Shown here piece by piece: positions 9,626 to 17,597 of a stretch of 40,016 bases of DNA (positions are counted from its first letter, which is position 1; each line of letters opens with the position of its first letter). The notes beneath the pieces were generated by a model. It searched no databases, was not told where the DNA came from, and was given only the letters and a program-made list of their open reading frames with translations. The position numbers and the translations under genes are program-made. The DNA is from Armatimonadota bacterium (lineage in GTDB: Bacteria; Armatimonadota; JAAZEB01), in contig JACQGM010000334.1 in the NCBI GenBank assembly GCA_016199585.1, forward strand, positions 1-40,016, given 5' to 3'.

Positions 9626-10012
9626 TCACCAGATCGTGTCTACGGCGTAGCGCCCGAACACCACGTCGCCGGTGAGCAGCGGGATCCCCTCCACTCCGCT
9701 CTGGGCGATGAGGAGCCGAACAAAGGGGTCGCGGTGGTGGTGCGGCAAGTCAAAGACGCGCAGAACATGGTCCATCTGGATCGGGAGCACGACGAATCCG
9801 TGGACCTGGATCTGGTCTGCCACGAAAGCTGCCGGCGGATCCGCGAGTGAGAGCTTGCCAAGCTGCGCCTTGATGTCGATCTCCCACCCGGTTACGGCAC
9901 TGAGAAGCACCTCGTTGCGCTTATCCAACAGGACAGCTCTCGCGGTCGCGGACAGCCGTGGGTCATCTACAGCCCACCACAGGAACACGTGCGTGTCCAG
10001 CAGCACTCTCAT
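9626..10012 (-). CDS. vapC: PIN-domain toxin, VapC family
   Basis: LLDTHVFLWW, WEI, HRDPFxRLLIAQ, LLTGD motifs; overlaps the upstream antitoxin by 4 nt. Confidence 0.92.
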   Translation of the reverse strand: MRVLLDTHVFLWWAVDDPRLSATARAVLLDKRNEVLLSAVTGWEIDIKAQLGKLSLADPPAAFVADQIQVHGFVVLPIQMDHVLRVFDLPHHHRDPFVRLLIAQSGVEGIPLLTGDVVFGRYAVDTIW

Positions 10013-10239
10013 CTCTCGAACGAATCCAGGATGTCATCGGGCAGTGGCGCATCGAAGTCTGGCGCGAGCACCACTCTCCCCTTGGCCGTGCCCGGTACCC
10101 GCTGCCGCGCAGCCGATACCCGCGTCACCCGGGCCACAAGAACACCCTCTCGAGAGATGACCACATCTTCACCCCGGAGCACTCGGTTCAGCACCGACTC
10201 GAAGTCAGCCTGAACGTCCTGCACGGTTACCGTAATCAT
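10009..10239 (-). CDS. Phd/YefM family antitoxin
   Basis: 76 aa; V..GEDVVISREG..VARV pattern and C-terminal DFDAPLPDD; directly upstream of the PIN gene. Confidence 0.88.
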   Translation of the reverse strand: MITVTVQDVQADFESVLNRVLRGEDVVISREGVLVARVTRVSAARQRVPGTAKGRVVLAPDFDAPLPDDILDSFER

Positions 10240-10281
10240 CGTGGGACTACCCCCCCTTCCGCGGCCTCCTACCTACCGACC

Positions 10282-10310
10282 ATTGTACCCGTTTGCACGG
10301 TATGCTGCAA
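10282..10310 (-). promoter_or_regulatory. sigma70-type promoter of the Phd-VapC operon
   Basis: Minus strand TTGCAG-N17-TACAAT. Confidence 0.6.
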
Positions 10311-10405
10311 GCCCGAGGGCAGCGGCGCTCGCGTGCTCCGAATGGCGCATCGGGGAAGCTCCGTGGATGTCTGTGGAGGCCGGCCACTGCGAACCGCGGT
10401 CGGGG

Positions 10406-12367
10406 CTATGCCACCAGCGCCACCATTCCCTCTGCCGCCATCACGCGCAGGTACTCCACCACGGTGGGCAGGGCGATGGCGCCGCCGTGCTGGAGGCGCT
10501 CCCAGACCTCGCGGGCGGTGCGGCGGCCATCAATCCACTGCCAGACGCGGGCAGTGTCCGCGGCCCCTCCCGGGGCGGAGAGGCGGAGGCGAGCGTTGCC
10601 GGAGAGGAGGGCCGCGCCGGGGACACGCCAGCGCAGCCGGCGGGCCACGATCTCCTCGCCGGGCACCGAGGCCACCCGGGCGACCGCCGGAAGATCGGCG
10701 TCGGGCGCCAGGATCTTCGCCACGAGCGCCGCTTCGCGCTCGGCCGCGGCCCGCACGTCCTGCGCCAGGGCGCGGAGTTCGGCCGCCAGGGCGCCATCGT
10801 CCGGGGCGAAGCACGCCGCCTGCGCGACGGCATCCTGCCCCTGCAGGCCGAGGTGCCGCACCAGCGAAACCAGGTCGGCGGCGCCCGAGCCCTGTGCCAG
10901 CACGGCGGTGGCGCCGTCGCTCACGCTCTGCGAGATGCGCCGCTTCCAGTCCTGGGCAGCCAGGAGGCCGAGCCAGCGCGACTGCGGGGCGCCGGCCGTG
11001 GCGAGGAGATGGAGGTAGGTGCCGACGACCGCGCCGACGCGCCCGAGCGTGTCGCGGCTCATCTGGTCGGGCGTATCCTGCGAGCTGTGGTAGAACCGAT
11101 CCGGCCACCCGGAGAGCTGGGGCGTGGGGATGCCGAAGAAGCCGTCGGAGATGAAGGCGTCGTTGCCCCAGAAGGGCGCGGTGCGCCAGGGGAAGACGGC
11201 GTAGTTGTCACTGCTGAAGCGCGATGCCGGCTCGGCCGCCACCGCGCCGAGGAGCGTCTCGATGAGGGCATCCGTAAAGGAAGCAGCCTGCTCCCGCGCC
11301 CGGTAGAGGACCATCTGGCCGCCGCAGACGGCGAAGTCCTGCCCCACCGAGTCGAGGCAGACGGCCGCGACGACGTTGGAGAGACGGTCCCGGTGGGCAT
11401 CGAGATACGGAACGAAGCCACCCACCTCGACGGCGTGCATGAAGCGGAGGGTGCGCCGCGGGGGCGGGAGCTTGCCCGAGGCCGTGAGAACGGCCAGCGT
11501 GCGCGCCAGCTCCAGGCTGAGGCAGCACCCCGACGCGTTGTCGCGGGCGCCCGGCTCCGAGAGGTGCGCGAGGACCCAAACCTCCTCGTCGGCCAGATCG
11601 GTGCCCGGGAGCGCGGCGTGAACGAAGTCGGAGCTCCCCTCTCGCAGCTCGGCATCCACCACGGCGCGGAGAAGCACCGGCTCGGGGGAGCGGGCGATGA
11701 GCTGGCGGAGGCGCCGGCCCTGACGCGGGGAGAGGTTGAACCCGAAGAGGGGCGTCTCGTCCCGCCGCCCGGCGAAGATGCTCCACATCACCAGGTCGGG
11801 CGCGTCCTCGGGCTCGCGCACGGGGGGATAGGAGACGAGCCAAGGCGGGCTGATGCCGTCGGAGAGAACGCCGAGAGCGCCGCCCTTGCGCGCGGCCGCC
11901 TCGGTGATCATCGCGGGCTGGTCCACCAGGAGGAGCTTGCCCCTGAACTCGCCCGGCGCCACGTCCGCCTCGGTGAGCGGGGCGCTGCGCACCACCACCG
12001 GGGCGCAGATGCCTTCCGGGGGAGTGCCGGTGCTGTTGGACACCAGGGAGAGCGGCTCGTCCCGGTAACGGCAGATGACGCCCGCCGCCGACGCGGGGGC
12101 CACAATCGCCAGCGAGGCGTCGCGCGCCCGCCACTCCAGGGGGTTGCGGCGGCCATCGAGGAACTCGGTGCGGTCGTCGGCCGGGTAAGGGATCATCTCG
12201 GCCTCGGCGGCGCCGTTCTCGCGGTAGCGCTCCACCAGCAGCCCGCCGGCCTTCCGCATCCCCGGACCCGGCACCGTGCAGCGGCAGGCCCAGTGGTTGG
12301 CGATGTCTCTCAGGCAGAGCCCGAGGTTCAACTCGTCAGTGATGGCATTCAGGATCGGGCGGTACAT
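10406..12367 (-). CDS. M28-family / DUF4910 aminopeptidase-like protein
   Basis: AHLSEPGARDNASG, RRTLRF..AVE..G, CLDSVG and FYHSSQDTPD zinc-peptidase motifs; RBS GGAGG upstream. Confidence 0.8.
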   Translation of the reverse strand: MYRPILNAITDELNLGLCLRDIANHWACRCTVPGPGMRKAGGLLVERYRENGAAEAEMIPYPADDRTEFLDGRRNPLEWRARDASLAIVAPASAAGVICRYRDEPLSLVSNSTGTPPEGICAPVVVRSAPLTEADVAPGEFRGKLLLVDQPAMITEAAARKGGALGVLSDGISPPWLVSYPPVREPEDAPDLVMWSIFAGRRDETPLFGFNLSPRQGRRLRQLIARSPEPVLLRAVVDAELREGSSDFVHAALPGTDLADEEVWVLAHLSEPGARDNASGCCLSLELARTLAVLTASGKLPPPRRTLRFMHAVEVGGFVPYLDAHRDRLSNVVAAVCLDSVGQDFAVCGGQMVLYRAREQAASFTDALIETLLGAVAAEPASRFSSDNYAVFPWRTAPFWGNDAFISDGFFGIPTPQLSGWPDRFYHSSQDTPDQMSRDTLGRVGAVVGTYLHLLATAGAPQSRWLGLLAAQDWKRRISQSVSDGATAVLAQGSGAADLVSLVRHLGLQGQDAVAQAACFAPDDGALAAELRALAQDVRAAAEREAALVAKILAPDADLPAVARVASVPGEEIVARRLRWRVPGAALLSGNARLRLSAPGGAADTARVWQWIDGRRTAREVWERLQHGGAIALPTVVEYLRVMAAEGMVALVA

Positions 12368-12390
12368 CAGTTTCCTCCCGGGAAGACCCG

Positions 12391-12465
12391 TGTAGGGGCG
12401 AACCGCGTGTTCGCCCGGCCGGCGTGGAGAGAACAGGCAGGGGGAACACGCGGTTCGCCCCTACA
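12391..12465. repeat. REP doublet (GTAG family), inverted pair
   Basis: TGTAGGGGCGAACCGCGTGTTCGCCC at 12391-12416 and its near-perfect reverse complement at 12440-12465. Confidence 0.85.
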
Positions 12466-12527
12466 GGAGCGGCTCTTGCCGACCATCAAAGAACCTTCGG
12501 CACCCGGGATCCCGTCTCCTGCCCCGG

Positions 12528-13511
12528 TCAGGCGTATTCCCGCGCCACGGCGATGAAGGCGTGGATGTTCTCCGGGGGCGTGTTCCGGCACAGCTCCACC
12601 ATGATCGCCCGCGCGCCGCGGGCGACGGCATCCTCGTAGGCGCGGCGGATGCTCTCCGGCGTCCCCTGCGCCATCTCCGCCACGGTCTTCAGGTTCCAGG
12701 TGAAGGGGAGACCGGGGGCGGCGCCGCGGATATCCTCGATGGTGAGATACTGGTCCTGGCCCGGATCGAACGAAGTGACGCCCAGCTCGAGCAGGAAGGG
12801 GAGGTGCCCGGGGCGGAGGAGCTCGCTGTGGTGGCCGCGCGGCCCCTCGCCGAAAGCGTGGTATATCCGCCGGTAGTAGGGCATCACGAACTCGGGCCAC
12901 ATCGCGGGGGAGATGAGGCCGGCGAAGTCGTCGGCGATCCCGGTGCCCCGGTCGGTCGGGGCGCCATTGAAGCGGCGCACCTGGCGTGAGAAGCGGATGA
13001 TGCTCTCCGTGACCACGTCGAGGAGATGGTGGGCGGCCTGCGGGTTCTCGTAGAGGTCGAGGAAGAAGTCCTGGCCGCGCAGGAGCTTGGCGGTGGTGAT
13101 CGGCCCCTCCAGGCCGGAGCCGAGGGGGACGCGCTGCTCGTCGCCGGCGCGCGCCTGCACCCAGCGCTGCAGCGCCACGAAAGGACGCATCGGCGGGGTG
13201 TCCAGGTAATCCTCGGGGATGGCGAGGGAGAAGACATCTTCGGGCCGGCGCAGGGCGTGGCCGACGACCTGCGGCATGTGGTCCTCGGGGTAGACCAGCT
13301 CCGCCCCGAGCGCGGCGGCGCCGACGTAGGCGGGCACCTCCGCCGAGGGCCGGCCCCCGCCGATGCCGAAGAGATCCCGCAGGCGCCCGCGGCCCACCTC
13401 TTTCGTCCGCCACTGCGTCTCGGGATCCAGGTAGTAGGCGCCGAGCTTCGTGCCGGCGTACTCGGTGGTGACCTCCGCGGGCACCGCCACGCTCCAGCGG
13501 ACTCCTGCCAT
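12528..13511 (-). CDS. uroporphyrinogen decarboxylase (UroD/MtaA-CmuA) family protein
   Basis: GPITTAKLLRG, GIADD...ISP..W.EFV.PYY, GTPESI motifs. Start moved to ATG 13511 (RBS GAGGAG); the ORF-track extension runs through a REP. Confidence 0.82.
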   Translation of the reverse strand: MAGVRWSVAVPAEVTTEYAGTKLGAYYLDPETQWRTKEVGRGRLRDLFGIGGGRPSAEVPAYVGAAALGAELVYPEDHMPQVVGHALRRPEDVFSLAIPEDYLDTPPMRPFVALQRWVQARAGDEQRVPLGSGLEGPITTAKLLRGQDFFLDLYENPQAAHHLLDVVTESIIRFSRQVRRFNGAPTDRGTGIADDFAGLISPAMWPEFVMPYYRRIYHAFGEGPRGHHSELLRPGHLPFLLELGVTSFDPGQDQYLTIEDIRGAAPGLPFTWNLKTVAEMAQGTPESIRRAYEDAVARGARAIMVELCRNTPPENIHAFIAVAREYA

Positions 13512-13600
13512 TCCGTCTCTCCTCTGCCACGGAACCTCGCCGGCCAAGCAGGATGGCGGATTGAGAGGGCAGATCGCACACCCCCGTGACGAAACCGGGC

Positions 13601-13679
13601 CGTGTAGGGGCGGACCGCGTGTCCACCCGGCACCGCGAGTGCGCCACACCCGGGCGGACACGCGGTCCGCCCCTACACG
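13601..13679. repeat. REP doublet (GTAG family), inverted pair
   Basis: CGTGTAGGGGCGGACCGCGTGTCCACCC ... GGGCGGACACGCGGTCCGCCCCTACACG; same family as 12391-12465. Confidence 0.85.
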
Positions 13680-13708
13680 AAAGCTGCCCCCTCCCTCCAC
13701 CGACCTGC

Positions 13709-14992
13709 TCAGAGCAAATGCCGGTAGTTCTCCGCCACCTTGGTGATCGCCGTCGCCACCTGGGCGATGAGGCCGGGCGCCGGCTCGATCCAGCCGCGAA
13801 GAGAGAGCACACGCCCCGACAGCGCCTCGGATACGGGGAAGTCGCCTTCACGGTAGCGGGGCAGCGGCACGTTGGCGGGGCCGGGATGACCCTTGCCCCA
13901 CAGACCCGGCAGGTCCTGCGTGAAAAGAGAGCGCCGGTACTCGGCGTGTCCGGGCCGGCCGCTGTGCATCGGCACACCCTCGGCGTTGAGCGCCTGGCAC
14001 AGCCGCTCGGCCGGGAGACCGCCGAAGGCCGCCGGATCGTAGAGGAGCTTCAGGCCCCCGTACAGCTCGGTGCCCTTCGCCTTGGGGTAGTTGTGGACGA
14101 ACTCGATGCCGGGGGTGCCCTGGATCCGCTCCCTGAGCTCGTCGCGCGCGGCGGCGAACTTGGTGAGGCGCTCGGGCAGCGTCTTCAGCGATACCCTGGC
14201 GATGGCGAGCGCCAGCGGGTGGGCGCGCCACTTCCAGCCGAGGAGCTGCTCCTCGAGCTGGCTGTAGACGGGGCTCGTCAGCTCCTTGCGGACACCGGAG
14301 CGGTGCAGGTGGCAGTAGACCAAGGCGCGCTCGTACAGTTCCCGGTCGTTCGTAGCGACGATGCCGCCCTCACCGGCCGACACCGGCTTGCCGCCGGGGC
14401 AGGCTCCCTGGAGGCTGAAGGCCGCGATGTGCCCCACGTTCCCGATCTTCACGCCGCCCCACTCGCTCCCGGCGGCGTGGGCGGCGTCCTCCACCAGCAC
14501 CAGGTCGTGCTTCTCGCAGAGCGCCAGGAGGGCGTCCATGTCGCAGGGGCGCCCGGCGGAATGGATCGGGTTGATCACCCGCGTCCTGGGCGTGATCCGT
14601 TTGGCGATGTCGGCGGGGTCCGCCAGGAGTGTCTCGGGGTCCAGCTCGCAGAAGACGGGAGTAGCGCCCATGTGCAGCGCCCCGGCGTAGCTGCCGAGGT
14701 AGCCGAAGGCCGGATGGATGAACTCGTCCCCCGCCCCCAGGCCGGCCGCGAAGAAGCCGCTCGCCAGCGCCGTGTGGCCGTGACTGGTGGCCAACACGTA
14801 CTTGCACCCGATGTACTCCTTGAACTCCTCCTCAAACTGCTTCGGCAAGCCGGAGCCCGAGCCGGTGAGGACGCCCTCGTCAATGAGCGCGCACACCGCG
14901 GCTTTCTCCTCTTCCACGCGCCGCCGCCATCCCTCGGCCGTACTGACCGTGACGGCGGGCGCGCCGCCATGGATCGCCAGTGCTTGTGCCAT
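13709..14992 (-). CDS. DegT/DnrJ/EryC1/StrS PLP-dependent aminotransferase
   Basis: LAIHGG start, VEDAAHAAG, FSLQ...K..SAGEGG with the PLP lysine, C-terminal FPVSEALSGRVLSL. Confidence 0.9.
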   Translation of the reverse strand: MAQALAIHGGAPAVTVSTAEGWRRRVEEEKAAVCALIDEGVLTGSGSGLPKQFEEEFKEYIGCKYVLATSHGHTALASGFFAAGLGAGDEFIHPAFGYLGSYAGALHMGATPVFCELDPETLLADPADIAKRITPRTRVINPIHSAGRPCDMDALLALCEKHDLVLVEDAAHAAGSEWGGVKIGNVGHIAAFSLQGACPGGKPVSAGEGGIVATNDRELYERALVYCHLHRSGVRKELTSPVYSQLEEQLLGWKWRAHPLALAIARVSLKTLPERLTKFAAARDELRERIQGTPGIEFVHNYPKAKGTELYGGLKLLYDPAAFGGLPAERLCQALNAEGVPMHSGRPGHAEYRRSLFTQDLPGLWGKGHPGPANVPLPRYREGDFPVSEALSGRVLSLRGWIEPAPGLIAQVATAITKVAENYRHLL

Positions 14993-15193
14993 CACTTCTG
15001 CTCCAATCCCCGGGGTGCCCTCACCCGGCCGCCCGCGCACGGCGGCCCGTCGGCGTGGAGGCGTGGGTCCACCGGAAGCTCTCTCCTGGAACCGGGTTCC
15101 ACCCGGAGAGCTCGTTTCCTTCTCGAACGAAGCCGGGGAGCCGGAGGCCGGGGGCGGATGGGCATCACGATGGCACCAACCGCAGTCCGTAGA

Positions 15194-15298
15194 CTATGGG
15201 ACAGCGGCCAACTCTGGATACGCGGGCAGACCGGCAAGGGCGGTCATCCCCGACTCGCTCTCCTCCTCGATGCGGAAGGGAAGCATCCCTTATTTGAA
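15194..15298 (-). pseudogene. 5' remnant of a transposase, probably IS1380-like
   Basis: Translates K*GMLPFRIEEESESGMTALAGLPAYPELAAVP*, resembling the (M.QG.LPF.....GMTALAGLP.YL.L) N-terminus I recall for IS1380-type transposases; stops on both sides. Confidence 0.5.
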
Positions 15299-15451
15299 CA
15301 GCCCCAGCTTCTCACGCCCAGTGATCCTCTGCTCGACACTCAGGGGGGCCGTTGCGGCATGGGGCTGCTCGCCGCCGCCAAGCGCTTCTGATGGCGAACC
15401 GAGGATGCCCCCTCCTGCGCTCGGCAGGGAGGGGATCGCAGACGTGCATTC

Positions 15452-15614
15452 GTAAGAGTTCAGGATGTATGATTACGGCACACCGCTTACGGGCGCAGAC
15501 GGAGCAGCGCCCCTACGAATAGGGGCTGCGATCCGTTGGACCACCACACGTAGGGGCCGTCCTCTGTGCCGGCCCGCTCCCTGCAAATCGTACTCACACA
15601 TCCTGAGCTCTTAC
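15452..15614. mobile_element. 163-bp MITE with 26-bp terminal inverted repeats and 8-bp target-site duplication
   Basis: Left end GTAAGAGTTCAGGATGTATGATTACG versus reverse complement of right end GTAAGAGCTCAGGATGTGTGAGTACG (23/26). GTGCATTC directly repeated at 15444-15451 and 15615-15622. Confidence 0.85.
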
Positions 15615-15629
15615 GTGCATTCTGGGGGC

Positions 15630-15658
15630 TTGACAGTCATATTTATTAGTGGTATCAT
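15630..15658 (+). promoter_or_regulatory. sigma70-type promoter upstream of the WbdD-like gene
   Basis: TTGACA-N17-TATCAT in an AT-rich patch. Confidence 0.65.
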
Positions 15659-15832
15659 AATATAACTTAATATATGCCTTGAGCGGTGACCGGGTGCCTC
15701 TCCCCTGTGCCCAAGGCGCCTACCGGAATCGCACTCAGTCGCTTGCTCATCCGATCATGTGGCAGGCGGCATGACCACCGTGGGGGAAGCCTGCGTGACT
15801 GGCAGTGATCAACTTCTGGACTGCGAGGCTTC

Positions 15833-17416
15833 TTGATGATCCGGAAACTCATTCATCCTTCGCTTGTGTCTTCTCGCTACTTCAGGAGGGCTTTCAATCT
15901 CATTCGCAAAGCAAGGGCCATCATCATCGGAAAAGGCAGATCGGTTGTGTCTTTGAAGCAGGCGCAAGCCGACCCTGACGAACAGGCTCAGGACGGAACC
16001 GATGGTATCGCGACCCTGCGGAACGCCTTGTCCGAAGTAGAGTTCTATCAACCGCTCTACAGGCTGGACCAAGCTTTGTTCACTTCCGCGATGCCGCGGC
16101 GCCCTTGCCTGGACCGTGCCGACGCGATCTTGAACGCGTGCGGGGGAAACGTCGCAGGAACCAGGTTCCTGGACGTGGGTTCCTCCCTCGGTTTCTTCTC
16201 GTTCTACCTGGCGGATCGCGGCGCGCAAGTCATGGGATTGGAGAACAACGAGGGGAATCTTCGGGTGGCGCAGCTTGTGAAGTCGCTCGTGGGATTGAAC
16301 CCGGAGTTCATGGCCGGCGCGCTCGACCAGCGTTTTGTTGACCAACTGCCGGATGATCGCTTCGAATGCGCCCTGCTCCTGAGCGTATTGCACCATATTG
16401 TCCACTATCGTGGGATACCGTTCACCCAGGTCCTCTTGAGGAAGCTGCTGCGGAAGATTCCGGTGCTGTTTGTGGAACTGGCCTTGAAGGATGAGAAGGC
16501 GGACGTTTTCTGGAGGCCTGCGCAGCCGGATGACCCATTGGCGTTGTTTGCGCTTTGCGAGAACGCGCAGATAGAGTTGTTGGGGGAGTTCCCCACGCAC
16601 TTGTCGGAAGCGAAGCGCCCGTTTTACAAGATCACCCGCGGGGGTACCTTCTACGTCAACCGGCGTCCTTACAACATCGAGAAGGTGTTTCACCGCGCGT
16701 ATCGCGATTCGCCGATTGGCGCGACGCGGACCTATTACCTGGCTCCCGGGGCGTTCATCAAGGCCTACCGGTTTGCGGAAGACAGCGACTTGGCGCGCTG
16801 CAACCAGGAACAGATCATCCGGGAGATCGCCAACTACACTTCCATCAGGCACAGCGGAGCGCAGCCCCGTTGTCTTCCACAAATGCTGGGCTTTGAGATA
16901 GGCGCCGGCCAAGCGTCCATTGTTCTGACACGCCTGGACGGGGAGTTGTTGTCCGACCGGCTGGGGCACCTCAGCCCGAGGGAACAAGCGCAAGTGCTGC
17001 AAGGCATCATTCGCGGCCTCGCGGAGCTCAGATCCCTCGGTCTGCACCATAATGACCTGCGCTGCTGGAACATCGTCGTGGGCGAAAGAGACGTATACCT
17101 GATTGACCTGGGGTTTGCTTCGGGAGTGCAGCTTGAGGAAACCAAGTCGGCCTTGTTGTGGCTCATGGCTGAGATGGCGCGGGCAAGGGTTCTAACCTAC
17201 GAGTACCCACGGCGCGGCGTGCCTCTGGCGGAAGCCGCCCAATACGGCCCGGTTTTCGAGGAGATTGCGGAGTGGCTCTTGCGCTCGCCCGACCCCGTTG
17301 ATCTGGACGCCTTGGACCACGAGATAGCGAGTAAGGTCAGGGTGCGCAGGCGGAACTCCTTCCGCCATGTGCCTTCTCCGTCGCTACGCGGCCATCTTCA
17401 CGGGAAATCACACTGA
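15833..17416 (+). CDS. wbdD: WbdD-like bifunctional SAM methyltransferase / kinase (O-antigen chain terminator homologue)
   Basis: EFYQPLY, LDVGSSLGFFS, LSVLHHIVH, ELA...W...QPDDP, GEFPTHLS..RP.Y, HNDLRCWN and LIDLG follow in order the motifs I recall for E. coli O9a WbdD (EIYQTIF, LDLGCAQGFFS, LSVFHHIVH, QPDDP, GEFDTHLS, HDDVRPWN, LIDFG). Start uncertain. Confidence 0.8.
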   Translation: MMIRKLIHPSLVSSRYFRRAFNLIRKARAIIIGKGRSVVSLKQAQADPDEQAQDGTDGIATLRNALSEVEFYQPLYRLDQALFTSAMPRRPCLDRADAILNACGGNVAGTRFLDVGSSLGFFSFYLADRGAQVMGLENNEGNLRVAQLVKSLVGLNPEFMAGALDQRFVDQLPDDRFECALLLSVLHHIVHYRGIPFTQVLLRKLLRKIPVLFVELALKDEKADVFWRPAQPDDPLALFALCENAQIELLGEFPTHLSEAKRPFYKITRGGTFYVNRRPYNIEKVFHRAYRDSPIGATRTYYLAPGAFIKAYRFAEDSDLARCNQEQIIREIANYTSIRHSGAQPRCLPQMLGFEIGAGQASIVLTRLDGELLSDRLGHLSPREQAQVLQGIIRGLAELRSLGLHHNDLRCWNIVVGERDVYLIDLGFASGVQLEETKSALLWLMAEMARARVLTYEYPRRGVPLAEAAQYGPVFEEIAEWLLRSPDPVDLDALDHEIASKVRVRRRNSFRHVPSPSLRGHLHGKSH

Positions 17417-17597
17417 ACAAAGTGTTGGCAACAGCCTGACGGCATCATCGGGCTCCCGGCGACCGAGGGCGCGGGCAAGGAAGGCACGAAGTCGGCAGGC
17501 GCCGACTCGGCTTCCCAGTCCGCGTCGGCTCCTTGAGCGGCCTTTCATCCCCCTTCTTCGGTCGGCTACGCTTCCCCCGGCCCTCTCGCACACGCTC

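Noticed and set aside
12391-13679. REP units as CRISPR repeats
   Set aside because: They occur as inverted pairs in separate intergenic gaps, not as direct repeats with unique spacers, and no cas genes are present.
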